Assembly (NCBI GenBank): GCA_963753435.1
Contig: CAVWCF010000005.1
Span: 32,001 to 96,000, forward strand
Origin: an uncultured Actinomycetota bacterium
Lineage (GTDB): Bacteria > Actinomycetota > Actinomycetes > CAVWCF01
DNA: 64,000 bases
Direction of reading: 5' to 3'
A program made the position numbers and the translations under genes. Under the pieces are notes generated by a model, which worked only from the letters and a program-made list of their open reading frames with translations, was not told the DNA's origin and searched no databases. Every line of letters begins with the position of its first letter. Position 1 is the stretch's first letter. Shown here one piece after another: positions 32,938 through 43,615 of this stretch.

Positions 32938-34305
32938 GTGGACATCCACGACAGCGTCCTGGACCTGATCGGCAACACCCCGCTGGTACGGCTGAATTCG
33001 GTCACTGCGGGTGTGGCCGCACCGGTCGTGGCCAAGGTCGAGTACCTGAACCCGGGCGGCTCGGTGAAGGACCGTATCGCCGTGGCGATGGTGGACGCCG
33101 CTGAGCGGGAAGGGCTCATCAAGCCTGGCGGGACGATCGTGGAGCCCACTTCAGGCAACACCGGTGTCGGCCTGGCGATGGTCGCGCAGCGTCGCGGCTA
33201 TCGGTGCGTCTTCATCTGTCCGGACAAGGTCAGCGAGGACAAGCGCAACGTGCTGCGCGCCTACGGCGCTGAGGTGGTCGTGTGTCCGACAGCAGTACCG
33301 CCGGAACACCCGGAGTCGTACTACTCCGTCTCCGACCGGCTGGCCCGGGAAATCCCCGGGGCGTGGAAGCCGGACCAGTACTCCAACGCCAACAACCCCC
33401 GCAGCCACTACGAAAGCACCGGTCCGGAGATCTGGGCGCAAACGGATGGTGCGATCACACATTTCGTCGCCGGCGTCGGCACCGGGGGCACCATCAGTGG
33501 CACCGGCCGCTACTTGAAGGAGGTCTCCGCGGGCAGGGTGCAGGTGATCGGCGCCGACCCAGAGGGGTCGGTCTACTCCGGTGGCACCGGTCGGCCGTAC
33601 TTGGTCGAAGGAGTCGGCGAAGACTTCTGGCCGACTACCTACGACCGTGATGTCTGCGACCGGATCGTCGCCGTCGCCGACCGCGACGCGTTCGCAATGA
33701 CGCGGCGCCTGGCGCGTGAGGAAGGCCTGCTCGTCGGGGGCTCGTGCGGCATGGCGGTCGTGGCTGCGCTGGAAGTCGCCCGTGAAGCCAACCCGGACGA
33801 TCTGATCGTGGTGCTGCTGCCGGACGGCGGCCGGGGCTACCTGTCCAAGGTCTTCGACGACTCCTGGATGACCGCCTACGGCTTCCTGTCCGCCGGCGAC
33901 GGTGCGTCGGTTCGCGAGGTGCTGGCCGCAAAGACGCGCGGACTGCCGGAACTGGTGCACGTGCACCCCACGGACACGGTCGCCGATGCGATTCAGATCC
34001 TGAACGAGTACGGCGTGTCCCAATTGCCGGTCGTGAAGGAGGAGCCGCCGGTGATGGCAGCCGAGGTGGTCGGTTCCGTGGCCGAACGTGACCTGCTGGA
34101 TGCCTTGTTCACCGGTGCGGCGCAATTGGCTGCACCGCTCGGCGCGCACATGTCCGCACCGCTACCTACCATCGGCGCCGGCGAAGCCGTCTCCCAAGCC
34201 GTCGACGCATTGGGGGGAACCGACGCCTTGCTGGTCCTGGACGAAGGCAAGCCGGTCGGCGTGATCACCCGGACCGACCTGATCGGCTACCTCGCCACAC
34301 CCTGA
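32938..34305 (+). CDS. cbs: Cystathionine beta-synthase
   Basis: NPGGSVKDR, EPTSGNTG and GTGGT motifs; C-terminal CBS pair. Confidence 0.95.
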   Translation: MDIHDSVLDLIGNTPLVRLNSVTAGVAAPVVAKVEYLNPGGSVKDRIAVAMVDAAEREGLIKPGGTIVEPTSGNTGVGLAMVAQRRGYRCVFICPDKVSEDKRNVLRAYGAEVVVCPTAVPPEHPESYYSVSDRLAREIPGAWKPDQYSNANNPRSHYESTGPEIWAQTDGAITHFVAGVGTGGTISGTGRYLKEVSAGRVQVIGADPEGSVYSGGTGRPYLVEGVGEDFWPTTYDRDVCDRIVAVADRDAFAMTRRLAREEGLLVGGSCGMAVVAALEVAREANPDDLIVVLLPDGGRGYLSKVFDDSWMTAYGFLSAGDGASVREVLAAKTRGLPELVHVHPTDTVADAIQILNEYGVSQLPVVKEEPPVMAAEVVGSVAERDLLDALFTGAAQLAAPLGAHMSAPLPTIGAGEAVSQAVDALGGTDALLVLDEGKPVGVITRTDLIGYLATP

Positions 34306-34366
34306 TTCCGAGGACTGCTGGTGCGAGCAAGACCGTAAGTACTGTTCCGATGTCGAAGGGGGCGAC

Positions 34367-34795
34367 ATGCGGATTGGCTACAGGTTGTTGTTCGTGCTCT
34401 TGCTTGCAAGCGCTGGGTCGACAGGCTGTTCGTCGGTTGCGGACGACTCGTCGTCCGGCCCCAGTCCGGAACCCACGCGTGCCCTTTCCGAAGCTGAGCT
34501 GATTCAGTTGTGTGTCGGCGGCAAGTCGCAGCCGCTGTACGTACTGGGCAACGATGTCGATCCGCAGGCATACGTGGAGGGCACGATCGGCGGGCAGGGC
34601 CGCGAGATTGAACTGATCGGTCAGGGTAGCCCGGAAGAAGCGACTGACTATGGCGGCTTCGGTTACGTGGTCGAGGTGTGGCAGTTCAGCGCGACCGACG
34701 ACTCCGGCCAGGTGGCCGCTCTAGATTTCGTTGAGCTAACCGAATCCGGCACTTATGTAGCGAGCAGTCCCCTTATCTGCGTTCCTGCTGTGTAG
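34367..34795 (+). CDS. Hypothetical lipoprotein
   Basis: Basic/hydrophobic leader ending STGC; AAGGGGG RBS; fills the gap between cbs and msrA. Confidence 0.65.
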   Translation: MRIGYRLLFVLLLASAGSTGCSSVADDSSSGPSPEPTRALSEAELIQLCVGGKSQPLYVLGNDVDPQAYVEGTIGGQGREIELIGQGSPEEATDYGGFGYVVEVWQFSATDDSGQVAALDFVELTESGTYVASSPLICVPAV

Positions 34796-34800
34796 GAGCG

Positions 34801-35514
34801 CTAGCCCGCGTCGACGGGTCCGTCGGCGATCCAGTTGCCAGGCAGTCCCGGCTCGTCAGGGACGGAGACCTCGAGTCCTACCGAGCAGGCGACACCGGTG
34901 CCGCCGAGCCCGCAGTAACCGTTCGGCACCTTGTACAGGTACTGCTGGTGGTACTCCTCTGCGTAGAAGAAGTCGCCCGCCGCGGCGATCTCGGTCGTGA
35001 TCGGCCCGTAACTGCGCGCCGACAGTGCCTGGGCGTACCGATCGCGGCTGGCGGTGGCTGCTGCGGCCTGCGCCGGGGTCGTGGAGTAGACAGCGGAGCG
35101 GTACTGGGTGCCCACGTCGTTTCCCTGGCGCATGCCCTGGGTGGGGTCATGCCCCTCCCAGAACACGGCCAGCAGCCGTTCGTAGGAGACCTGCTTGGGG
35201 TCGAAGACGACCTGGACCACCTCGGTGTGCCCGGTGAGGCCGGAGCACACCTCCTCGTAGGTGGGGTTGGGCGTGTAGCCGCCGGCGTATCCAACTGCGG
35301 TCGAGTAGACGCCGTCTGTCTGCCAGAACAGGCGCTCGGCGCCCCAGAAGCAGCCCAGCGCGAAGTAGGCGACTTCATGCCCTGCCGGCCACGGGCCGGT
35401 CAGTGGCGTGCCCAGCACCGCGTGCGTCGCCGGCAACGGGAACGGCCGCTCGCTGCGGCCGTCAAGTGCGTCGCCAGGCGTGACCATGCGGGTCTTCAGT
35501 CGTCCAAACAGCAT
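34801..35514 (-). CDS. msrA: Peptide methionine (S)-sulfoxide reductase
   Basis: [25 protein letters not shown] and AEEYHQQY motifs. Confidence 0.97.
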   Translation of the reverse strand: MLFGRLKTRMVTPGDALDGRSERPFPLPATHAVLGTPLTGPWPAGHEVAYFALGCFWGAERLFWQTDGVYSTAVGYAGGYTPNPTYEEVCSGLTGHTEVVQVVFDPKQVSYERLLAVFWEGHDPTQGMRQGNDVGTQYRSAVYSTTPAQAAAATASRDRYAQALSARSYGPITTEIAAAGDFFYAEEYHQQYLYKVPNGYCGLGGTGVACSVGLEVSVPDEPGLPGNWIADGPVDAG

Positions 35515-35544
35515 TCGGCGCCTCCTGGGGTTCCGTTCATGGCT

Positions 35545-35570
35545 AACCCTGCGTGGCTTCTGGTTGTTCC
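35545..35570 (-). promoter_or_regulatory. SigR/SigH-type promoter of msrA
   Basis: Minus strand GGAAC-N18-GTT. Confidence 0.6.
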
Positions 35571-35654
35571 GCGCGCTGAACGAATTGATCTTGTCCTCAA
35601 CCTGCGAACGGGACCTGCCGATGCCTGCCAGGAGTCCTGGGGAGGGAGCGCTGC

Positions 35655-37685
35655 GTGAGCGGGCTGCGGATCACGGCTGCAATCACCGGTGGAGTCCTGC
35701 TCGCCTTGTCCAGCGTGTTCGCCGTCCAGGCATCCACGCGCGCCGACAACGCGGTAACCAAGCAGACGCTGGAATTGACCGGTGCGGCCCGTACCGGGGC
35801 GGCAGTGGCCGGACAGCAGCTGGACCAGGCGCGCTTGGCCGCCGTGATCGTCAGCCGCATGCCTTCCTTCGCTGCCTACGCGACTGCGGACCCGGACGCG
35901 ACCTCAAGCCGAGAGCGCGGCGCCATCGCCTCGGCCCGGACCGGGTCGTTGGCCACCATGCTGGGCCTCGGCCAGGCGCTGCCGGCGTTGATCGGCACGG
36001 TCAGCCTTCGTGACGTAGGCGGGGCCGAGCGCGCCCGGGTCGCCGGTGGGCTACCGGCGGGAGACGATGCGCTGAGTCCGGACCCGAGCGATGCCCCCTG
36101 GTTCGAGGCCGCCACCGAGTTGAAGCCGGGTCAGGTCTACCAATCAGCGCCCTACACGCCTCAGGGCGGGCAACAGGTCGTCGCGACCGCGGTGACCGTG
36201 GCCGAGTTCGATGGGACTCCGGCCGGCGTCCTGGCCTTCGAGACACCCACTGACTCGCTATGGATCGGCATCGAGAACCGCGCGCCCCTGGATGTACCGC
36301 TGGCCCTGGTGGACGGGGGCGGCAACTTCGTCGCCGGAAACCCCGACGCCGTCGGAGACGCCGCCGCAGCGCTGGCCGAAGCCTGGACCGGCACCGAGTC
36401 GGCCGGGGAAGCCGGCGTGGTCGCAGAAGGCAACGTGGCTACGGAGACGGTCAACGCCGCTTACGCGGTGGTTCCGGCCGATTCGACTCTGCCTGGTCGT
36501 ACCGCGCTGGACTGGCGCGTCGTCAGTTCCGGTCCCACGGTCCAAAACGGTTGGGGAGCGCAGACGCCGCTGTCGGTCGGTCTGTTTGCGGCCGCAGCGC
36601 TGCTCCTGCTTGGTTCGCTGATCTCCTGGTTGCGGTCCATCCGGGCGGTTGCGGCCGAACGGGAGCAGGTGTCGGCCCAGCGAGACGAGTTGGCCGATCG
36701 CATCAGCGAGATCTCCGACGCGCTCGCCGCAGCCGCAGACGGTGACCTGGCGGTGCAATTGCCGATCGATGGCCTCGGCGATGACACGCTCAAGCGGCTA
36801 GCGGTTTCCTTCGACGAGACGCTGCGCCGGCTGGCCACGCTGGTCGCGGAGGCGCAGGAGTCCGGCAGGCGTCTCGCGTCTGCTTCCAGCGAGTTGCGCG
36901 CCAACGCGTCCCAGCAGGCCGGAGCTGCGCAGAGCCAGCAGGAGATCGTGACCGAAACAACGGCAACGATCGAGGAGTTGGCGGCGACCGCCGCACAGAT
37001 CGCGGTCACGACCCAGTCAGTCGCCGACGCGGCTGCCGCAACGCTGCGCCTGACCGAGGACGGTCGATTGGCTGTGGGGCAGTCGTTGGACGCGATGGAT
37101 CAGATTGCGGTGCGGGTGGATTCGATCGCGGATCGGGCGGGCCGGTTGGGGGAGAAGTCTTCGGAGATCGGTCGGATTCTGGAAGTGATCGATGATCTTG
37201 CGGATCGGACGAATCTGTTGGCGTTGAACGCGGCTATTGAGGCGGCCCGGGCTGGGGAGCATGGCCGGGGGTTCGCGGTGGTGGCTGCGGAGGTGCGCAA
37301 GTTGGCGGAGCGGGCGCAGGAGTCCACGGGGCAGATTCAGGCGATCGTGGCGGAGATTTCGGCGGAGACGTCGGCGACGGTGTTGGCGTCGCAGGAGGGG
37401 GCTGCGGAGGTTCATGCGGGGGTGGAGTTGGCCCGGGGGGTGGAGCAGGCGTTGGAGCGGATTTCGGGGATGGTGGATGAGACGACGACTGCTGCTAAGG
37501 AGATCTCGATCGCCACGCAGCAGCAGCGCAGTGCGTCCGATCAGGTGGTGTCGGCGATGACGCAGGTGTCCGACGCCACCCGCCAGCACGCCGCCGGATC
37601 GACGCAGGCTGCCGAATCTGCTGAGGAGATGGCACATCTGGCCGCTCGGCTGCGCGAGTCGATCGCCTCTTTCCACACCGCCTGA
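35655..37685 (+). CDS. Methyl-accepting chemotaxis protein (2 TM, Cache-like sensor, HAMP-like, signalling domain)
   Basis: [33 protein letters not shown]; extracytoplasmic PWF...YQSAPY motif. Confidence 0.93.
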   Translation: MSGLRITAAITGGVLLALSSVFAVQASTRADNAVTKQTLELTGAARTGAAVAGQQLDQARLAAVIVSRMPSFAAYATADPDATSSRERGAIASARTGSLATMLGLGQALPALIGTVSLRDVGGAERARVAGGLPAGDDALSPDPSDAPWFEAATELKPGQVYQSAPYTPQGGQQVVATAVTVAEFDGTPAGVLAFETPTDSLWIGIENRAPLDVPLALVDGGGNFVAGNPDAVGDAAAALAEAWTGTESAGEAGVVAEGNVATETVNAAYAVVPADSTLPGRTALDWRVVSSGPTVQNGWGAQTPLSVGLFAAAALLLLGSLISWLRSIRAVAAEREQVSAQRDELADRISEISDALAAAADGDLAVQLPIDGLGDDTLKRLAVSFDETLRRLATLVAEAQESGRRLASASSELRANASQQAGAAQSQQEIVTETTATIEELAATAAQIAVTTQSVADAAAATLRLTEDGRLAVGQSLDAMDQIAVRVDSIADRAGRLGEKSSEIGRILEVIDDLADRTNLLALNAAIEAARAGEHGRGFAVVAAEVRKLAERAQESTGQIQAIVAEISAETSATVLASQEGAAEVHAGVELARGVEQALERISGMVDETTTAAKEISIATQQQRSASDQVVSAMTQVSDATRQHAAGSTQAAESAEEMAHLAARLRESIASFHTA

Positions 37686-37704
37686 CGGCTCTAGGCTGCC
37701 GGGC

Positions 37705-38847
37705 ATGCCCGGTTTCGACACGATCGCCATCCACGCCGGCGCCGAGCCGGACCCGGCCACCGGCGCGGTCAGCCCGCCGATCTACCAGACGTCCACGTTC
37801 AAGCAGGACGGCGTGGGTGGGCTGCGCGGCGGCTACGAGTACTCCCGCTCGGCCAATCCCACCCGAACGGCGTTGGAGTCGGCCCTCGCGCAGCTGGAAG
37901 ACGGCGTGGCCGCGGCCGCGTTCGCGTCCGGCCTGGCCGCTGAGGACACGCTGCTGCGAGCCGTGTGCGCGCCAGGTGAGCACGTGGTCATCCCCGACGA
38001 CGCCTACGGCGGCACCTATCGCCTGTTCGCCCGCGTGCTGCAGCGGTGGGGCCTGGAGTACACCCCGGCGCCGGTCGCCGACGCCGCCGCGGTGGCCGCT
38101 GCCATCCAGCCCGGACGTACGCGGATGGTCTGGGTGGAAACCCCGACCAACCCGCTGCTGGGCATCGCGGACCTGACGGCCCTGGCCCAGGTGGCCCACG
38201 ACGCCGGCGCGCTCTTGGTCGTCGACAACACCTTCGCCTCGCCGGCCCTGCAGCGACCGCTCCAGCTCGGCGCCGATGTGGTTGTGCATTCGACGACGAA
38301 GTACCTGGGCGGTCACAGCGACGTGGTCGGCGGCGGCCTGGTCTTCGCCGATGCGGAGTTGGCCGAACGGGTTCGGTTCCACCAGAACGCTATGGGTGCG
38401 GTGCCGGGGCCCTTCGACTCCTGGCTGGTGTTGCGCGGCATCCGCACGCTGTCGCTGCGCATGCAGCGGCACTGCGACAACGCGGCTGCCGTCGCGCAGT
38501 TCCTGAGCACCGATGACCGGGTCAGCGAGGTCCTCTACCCGGGCTTGGCCAGCCACCCCGGCCATGAGGTGGCGGCGCGCCAAATGAGCGGCTTCGGGGG
38601 AATGGTGTCGTTCCGGCTCGCGGCGGGGGCCGAGGCCGCGGTTGCTGTTTGTGACCGCGCCCGCCTCTTCACGTTGGCGGAGTCGTTGGGCGGGGTCGAG
38701 TCGCTGATCGAGCACCCGGCGCAGATGACGCACGCCTCCGCGGCCGGGTCGCCACTGGAGGTACCGGCAGACCTGGTGCGTTTGTCCGTCGGGTGTGAGG
38801 CGGTCGAGGACTTGATCGCGGATCTCCGCGGGGCCCTGCCCGGGTAG
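37705..38847 (+). CDS. metB: Cystathionine gamma-synthase/lyase
   Basis: YEYSRSANPTR, ETPTNP, HSTTKYLGGHSD and AESLGGVESL motifs. Confidence 0.93.
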   Translation: MPGFDTIAIHAGAEPDPATGAVSPPIYQTSTFKQDGVGGLRGGYEYSRSANPTRTALESALAQLEDGVAAAAFASGLAAEDTLLRAVCAPGEHVVIPDDAYGGTYRLFARVLQRWGLEYTPAPVADAAAVAAAIQPGRTRMVWVETPTNPLLGIADLTALAQVAHDAGALLVVDNTFASPALQRPLQLGADVVVHSTTKYLGGHSDVVGGGLVFADAELAERVRFHQNAMGAVPGPFDSWLVLRGIRTLSLRMQRHCDNAAAVAQFLSTDDRVSEVLYPGLASHPGHEVAARQMSGFGGMVSFRLAAGAEAAVAVCDRARLFTLAESLGGVESLIEHPAQMTHASAAGSPLEVPADLVRLSVGCEAVEDLIADLRGALPG

Positions 38848-38886
38848 GCGTTGTCGGGCTGAGGGCCGCCGGTCGGGCCGGCCGCG

Positions 38887-40125
38887 TTAGCCGAGGCTGC
38901 GGGGCGTGCTTTCCGGGTCCGGATGCACCGACCCGGGGATGTGCCGGGTTTCCGGCATCACCGCGACGGTGCCCACCGAGACTGCGGCCACGCCCGCGGT
39001 CACCGCGAACGCGGTGGCGTAGTCGAACTCGTCCGACAGCCAACCTGCCGCCATCGGGCCGATGAACGTGCCCGCGTCACTCGCCATTTGGTAGACGGCG
39101 ACCGGGCGGCCACCCCGGCCGTGGATGACGTCGCCGACGACCGCCGCCGACGCGGTGCCGACGAACGCCGAGCTGGCGCCGAACAGCGCCATTCCGATCA
39201 GGTACAGCGTCGCGTCATCGGTGAATACCAACAGCAGCATGCAGGCAACCCCGAGCAGCACGCCAAGCATCAGGTACGGCTTGCGGCCGCGCCGGTCGGC
39301 CAGGCGGCCGGCGGGCACCTGCATCACGGTCTGGACGAGCGCCGAAACGACCAGGCCGATGCCGATCCAGGACGCGCCCAGGCTCAGCCCCTCGACGACG
39401 AAGACGGGGATGAGCGAAGTGCGCAGGCCGAAGGTGGTCCAGCCATTGAGGAAGTTGGTGGCGACCGCGGCTCGATATGCCGGTTGCCGCAGCGCCTGCC
39501 GGATCGGGGTCGGTGCCGGTTCTTCGGAACCATTGGCCGGGCCGGCCCGCAACTCGGCGCGACGCAACGCGACCATGCCGATGGTGCCGGCAATGGTCAG
39601 CGTCACCGCGTAGACGAAGAACGGCAGCCGCAAGGAGATCTCAGCCAGCGGTCCGCCGAACGCCGGGCCCATGACCGCCCCGAGCAGGAAGCCAGCCATA
39701 GCGGTGCCAGTGGCCTGACCCCGCAGTTCCGGGCCGACGACACGCAGCAAGAGGCTCACCGCCGCCACGGTGAACATGGCCGACCCCACCCCGCCCAGGC
39801 CGCGCAGCACGATCAGCTGCGCGTAGTTCTGCGCGAAGCCGGCCAGCAGGCTGCTGACCGCGACGACGCCAATGCCCGAAGCCAGAATCAGCCGCTCGCC
39901 GACGGCGTCGACCCAGCGCCCGGACGCCAGTGCCGACACGAAGCGCATCAGCGCGAAAACGCTGATGACCGCCCCGGCGGCGAAGTTGCCGACGCCGAAC
40001 TCGCGCGCGAACAGTGGGATCGCGGGGGCCACCAAACCGAAGCCGACCGCGACGAAGAAGTTCACGGTGGCCACCGCCCATACCTCGGTGGGCAGGCGCG
40101 AACGGCTCAACAGGCGGCTGATCAT
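38887..40125 (-). CDS. MFS transporter (12 TM)
   Basis: GRLADRRGRK motif A; hydrophobic helices. Confidence 0.9.
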   Translation of the reverse strand: MISRLLSRSRLPTEVWAVATVNFFVAVGFGLVAPAIPLFAREFGVGNFAAGAVISVFALMRFVSALASGRWVDAVGERLILASGIGVVAVSSLLAGFAQNYAQLIVLRGLGGVGSAMFTVAAVSLLLRVVGPELRGQATGTAMAGFLLGAVMGPAFGGPLAEISLRLPFFVYAVTLTIAGTIGMVALRRAELRAGPANGSEEPAPTPIRQALRQPAYRAAVATNFLNGWTTFGLRTSLIPVFVVEGLSLGASWIGIGLVVSALVQTVMQVPAGRLADRRGRKPYLMLGVLLGVACMLLLVFTDDATLYLIGMALFGASSAFVGTASAAVVGDVIHGRGGRPVAVYQMASDAGTFIGPMAAGWLSDEFDYATAFAVTAGVAAVSVGTVAVMPETRHIPGSVHPDPESTPRSLG

Positions 40126-40170
40126 GGTGAGGCGCAGTGTCTCAGCCGGCGGCTGGGGTCAAGGTGGCGC

Positions 40171-42132
40171 TCACCCGGCGCGACGTACCCCGGCAATCCG
40201 GCGTCGGGACCGCAAGAAGTCGGCGACCACGTAGTCGCCAAGACGATCCGACGCCGGGGCAAGCACCCGACCACCGTTGCGGCGAGCGACGTGTTCGACG
40301 AACCGTTCCAGCCGGGGGTCATCGCCGAGCCGGAAGATGGACAGCGTTGCGCCCCGGCGCGTCATGCGGTCCACCTCCGCCAGCGTGACCGAAATGGTCT
40401 CCGGCGACGGCGGGTAGGAGAAGTGCCAGTCACCGTCCCGTTGCAGGTGAGCGGTGGGTTCGCCGTCGGTGATGACGAGAACGACCGGTTCCGCGTCGGG
40501 GTGCCGGTCGAGGAAGCGGCCGGCGAGCATCAGCGCGTGCTGCAGGTTGGTGCCCTGAAAGCCCGGCACGTCCAGTGAAGCCAGTTCCTCCGGCCGGATC
40601 TGCCGGGCCATGTTGGCAAAGCCGATGACGCAGATGGCGTCCTGCGGGAACTGCGACGCCGCCAAGGCGTGCAGTGCCAGCGCGGTCACCTTGGCGTCGC
40701 GCCAGGTGTCGTTCATGACCATCGAGAAGGACTGGTCCACCAGGAGGACCACTGCCGCCCGCGACCGGCGCTCGGTCTCCAGCACGGTGAAGTCGTCCGG
40801 TTGCAGGCGGACCGGCCGTTGCCGGCCAGTCCGCCGCAGTGCGTTGCGGACCGTGCCCACCACATCGATGGGCTGCTCGTCACCGAACTGCCAACTTCGC
40901 GAAGCGCCGGTCAATTCGCCGGCGGCACCGGCCTCGTGGATGTCGTGGTCGCCCCTCGGCCCGGCGGACAGGGACGCGAAGACGCGTCGCAGCGCGGTCT
41001 GGCCGATGCGTCGCAGCGCCTTGGGGGACAGGTCCAGCCGCCCCTCGGACCGGGTCAGGTACCCGGTCTTCTCCAGTTCCCGTTCGGCTCGTCGCAACGC
41101 CTGCAGGTCGTCCACCGCTTGCCGACCCAGGGCGCGGCGCACCGCGTCCTCATCGACATCGTCGATTGATGCCCCCGGGTAGTTCTGCGCCAGCGCCTCA
41201 GCTAGGGCGTCCAAGTCGGACAACTCCGACAGCACATCAGTGGCCTCGCCCATTCCCAGTGGGCGCTCTCCGGACAGGTCAGCGGCCGCACCACCGAACA
41301 GGTCGGGGCGAGTGGACCGCAGCCCGGCGGCCAGTTGATCCAACTCCCGCTGCAGGTCCAGGTCCTGGTTCAGGGACTCCTGCATCAGTTCGGCCAACTC
41401 GGCCCGCTGTTCGGGGCTCAGGGCGTTCATCATCCGCTCGGCCGCGGCCGCTCGCCGAGCGAGGCTCTCGATCAACTCCTCGACTGACTGGGGGTTGTCG
41501 GGGAAGAACTCGCCGTGGCGCTGCATGAACTCGGCGAACTGGTCGTCGGTGTCCTCGCCGCGACCGTGTGCGCTGAGCAGGGCGTTGAGGTCCGCCAGCA
41601 TCTCCTTGATCTGCTGCTGAGCTTGCGGGTCGGGGTTCTGCAGCGCCTCGCGTAGGCCGGCGAACTGCGCATCGAGGACCTCCTGCCGCAGCAGGTCGTC
41701 GATCTGGGAGTAGGCCTGCGCCGCTTGCGGGCTGCGCCATTGGTACTCGCGCAGTTCGGACACCGCGCGTGCGGTTTGCGACGGCAGCGCGTCCAGTTGC
41801 GCTTCCCGGAGCCGGGCTTCGTCGTCTGCGTCCCCGAAAAGCGCCGCCCGTTCAGTGCCGATCGCGGTGTCCAGCAGCCGGCGGACCTCGTCCAGCGTCC
41901 CGCCCAGTCGTCCTGACTCGGCCAACTCGCGGCGGCGCTTGCGTACCTGCCGGAGCAGGTCGTCCAAGCCGCGTCCGCCCTGGGTTCCGTGCCGGAGCAG
42001 GTCGCGCAGCGCTTCGCGCGGGTCGGCGCCATCGAGCACGCGGTCGCCGATGTCGTCCAGTACCCCGGCGACGTCGAACGGTGGCGCCAGCGGGTCCGGC
42101 CCGTCCCGGTAGCGGCGGTATTTGCGGGTCAT
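40171..42132 (-). CDS. VWA-domain protein with helical N-terminus (Rv0959-like)
   Basis: MIDAS DQSFS; GTNLQHAL; ITDGEPTAH. Confidence 0.9.
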   Translation of the reverse strand: MTRKYRRYRDGPDPLAPPFDVAGVLDDIGDRVLDGADPREALRDLLRHGTQGGRGLDDLLRQVRKRRRELAESGRLGGTLDEVRRLLDTAIGTERAALFGDADDEARLREAQLDALPSQTARAVSELREYQWRSPQAAQAYSQIDDLLRQEVLDAQFAGLREALQNPDPQAQQQIKEMLADLNALLSAHGRGEDTDDQFAEFMQRHGEFFPDNPQSVEELIESLARRAAAAERMMNALSPEQRAELAELMQESLNQDLDLQRELDQLAAGLRSTRPDLFGGAAADLSGERPLGMGEATDVLSELSDLDALAEALAQNYPGASIDDVDEDAVRRALGRQAVDDLQALRRAERELEKTGYLTRSEGRLDLSPKALRRIGQTALRRVFASLSAGPRGDHDIHEAGAAGELTGASRSWQFGDEQPIDVVGTVRNALRRTGRQRPVRLQPDDFTVLETERRSRAAVVLLVDQSFSMVMNDTWRDAKVTALALHALAASQFPQDAICVIGFANMARQIRPEELASLDVPGFQGTNLQHALMLAGRFLDRHPDAEPVVLVITDGEPTAHLQRDGDWHFSYPPSPETISVTLAEVDRMTRRGATLSIFRLGDDPRLERFVEHVARRNGGRVLAPASDRLGDYVVADFLRSRRRIAGVRRAG

Positions 42133-43532
42133 GCCGACCCGTACCGGACGTGCTCGCCGTCGTCGGTTCGCGTCAGGCGGCGGTGCAGGTACAGGCCTTC
42201 CAGCGCGAACTCCAAAGCGGCGGCGGCGTGCTGCGGGTCCTCCGCGTCCAGGTCCAGGGCGGCCATTACCCGACCGAGCCCCTCCACTGGGCCGAAAGAA
42301 GCCAGCAGTTGCGCCGCGGTCACCAGGTCACCGGAGTCGATCGTGTCGCCCTCATCGAAGCGCGCCACGATCGGTTCCAGATCCTGGCCGGCCAGGTGGG
42401 ATCGGAAGGTGTCCGCGGTGGCCTGGCGCAGCAGGTGGGCCAGGATCTCCATCTCGCGGCCCTCTTCGGACGGCTCGAACTCCACCTTGCCGCGCAGTGT
42501 CGGCACGATGCCGGCCAAGTCGCTGACGCGCGCAACAGCAGGGGCCTCGCCGGTGATCGCCGAACGGCGCAGCGCTGACGCGGCGATGGTCTCGGCCCCG
42601 GCAACGGCGAATCGCGCCGAAACGCCGGAGCGTTCATCCACCGCGGCGGACTCGCGTACCAAGCGGGTGAAGCGAGCCACAACCTCCAGCAAGTGCGCCG
42701 GTACTTCGGCAACCAGCTCGGCCTCTTGCCGCAGCAGGGCTTCCTCGTCGTGGAGGTCCAAGGGGTAGTGGGTGCGGATCTCGGCGCCGAAACGGTCCTT
42801 CAACGGTGTGATGATGCGACCCCGGTTGGTGTAGTCCTCAGGGTTGGCCGACGCGACCAGCAGTAGGTCCAGGGGCAGGCGCAGCTGGTAGCCGCGAACC
42901 TGGATGTCTCGTTCCTCCAGCACGTTCAGCAGCGCGACCTGGATGCGCTCGGCCAGGTCCGGCAACTCGTTGATGGCGAAGACGCCACGGTTGCTGCGTG
43001 GAACCAGCCCGTAGTGCACGGTCTCCGGGTCGCCCAGCGTTCGGCCCTCGGCCACCTTGATCGGGTCCACGTCACCGACCAGGTCACCTACCGAGGTGTC
43101 CGGGGTGGCCAGCTTCTCGCCGTATCGCTGGGACCGATGGCGCCACGCAACCGGCAAGTTGTCGCCCATCTCGGCCAGCCGCGCGATGCAGGCCGAGCAG
43201 GCGGGGGCGGTTGGGTCGTCGTGGATCTCGCAACCAGCGACAACCGGAGACCACTCGTCCAGCAGCCCGGTCAGGGTACGAATGAGGCGGGTCTTTCCTT
43301 GGCCGCGCTCACCGAGCAGCACGACGTCGTGCCCGGCCAGCAGGGCGCGCTCCAACTCCGGCCGGACGGTGTCGTCGAACCCGACGATGCCGGGGAACGG
43401 GTCGGCGCCGCTACGCAGGCGGTCCAGGAGGTTTCCCTGGATCTCGCTTTTCACGTTTCGGTGTTCGTAGCCGGAATCGCGAAGGGCACCCAGGGTCTGC
43501 GGCAGTTGTGGCGGCGGCACGGGAGACGTCAT
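42129..43532 (-). CDS. AAA+ ATPase, Mg-chelatase/MoxR-like (Rv0958-like)
   Basis: Walker A GERGQGKT; INELPDL; ANPEDYTNRGRIITPLKDRF; overlaps the VWA gene. Confidence 0.92.
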   Translation of the reverse strand: MTSPVPPPQLPQTLGALRDSGYEHRNVKSEIQGNLLDRLRSGADPFPGIVGFDDTVRPELERALLAGHDVVLLGERGQGKTRLIRTLTGLLDEWSPVVAGCEIHDDPTAPACSACIARLAEMGDNLPVAWRHRSQRYGEKLATPDTSVGDLVGDVDPIKVAEGRTLGDPETVHYGLVPRSNRGVFAINELPDLAERIQVALLNVLEERDIQVRGYQLRLPLDLLLVASANPEDYTNRGRIITPLKDRFGAEIRTHYPLDLHDEEALLRQEAELVAEVPAHLLEVVARFTRLVRESAAVDERSGVSARFAVAGAETIAASALRRSAITGEAPAVARVSDLAGIVPTLRGKVEFEPSEEGREMEILAHLLRQATADTFRSHLAGQDLEPIVARFDEGDTIDSGDLVTAAQLLASFGPVEGLGRVMAALDLDAEDPQHAAAALEFALEGLYLHRRLTRTDDGEHVRYGSA

Positions 43533-43615
43533 GTCGCGAACCTACGACGTCGCGGCGGTGGATGCTCGCCCGAGACGATGTCTCGGCTGTATGCCGGTTC
43601 GGGGAGGATGCGCGG

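Noticed and set aside
42129-43532. Magnesium chelatase implying phototrophy
   Set aside because: The sequence fits the Rv0958-type AAA+ found in non-phototrophs, and there are no bch/chl genes in the window.
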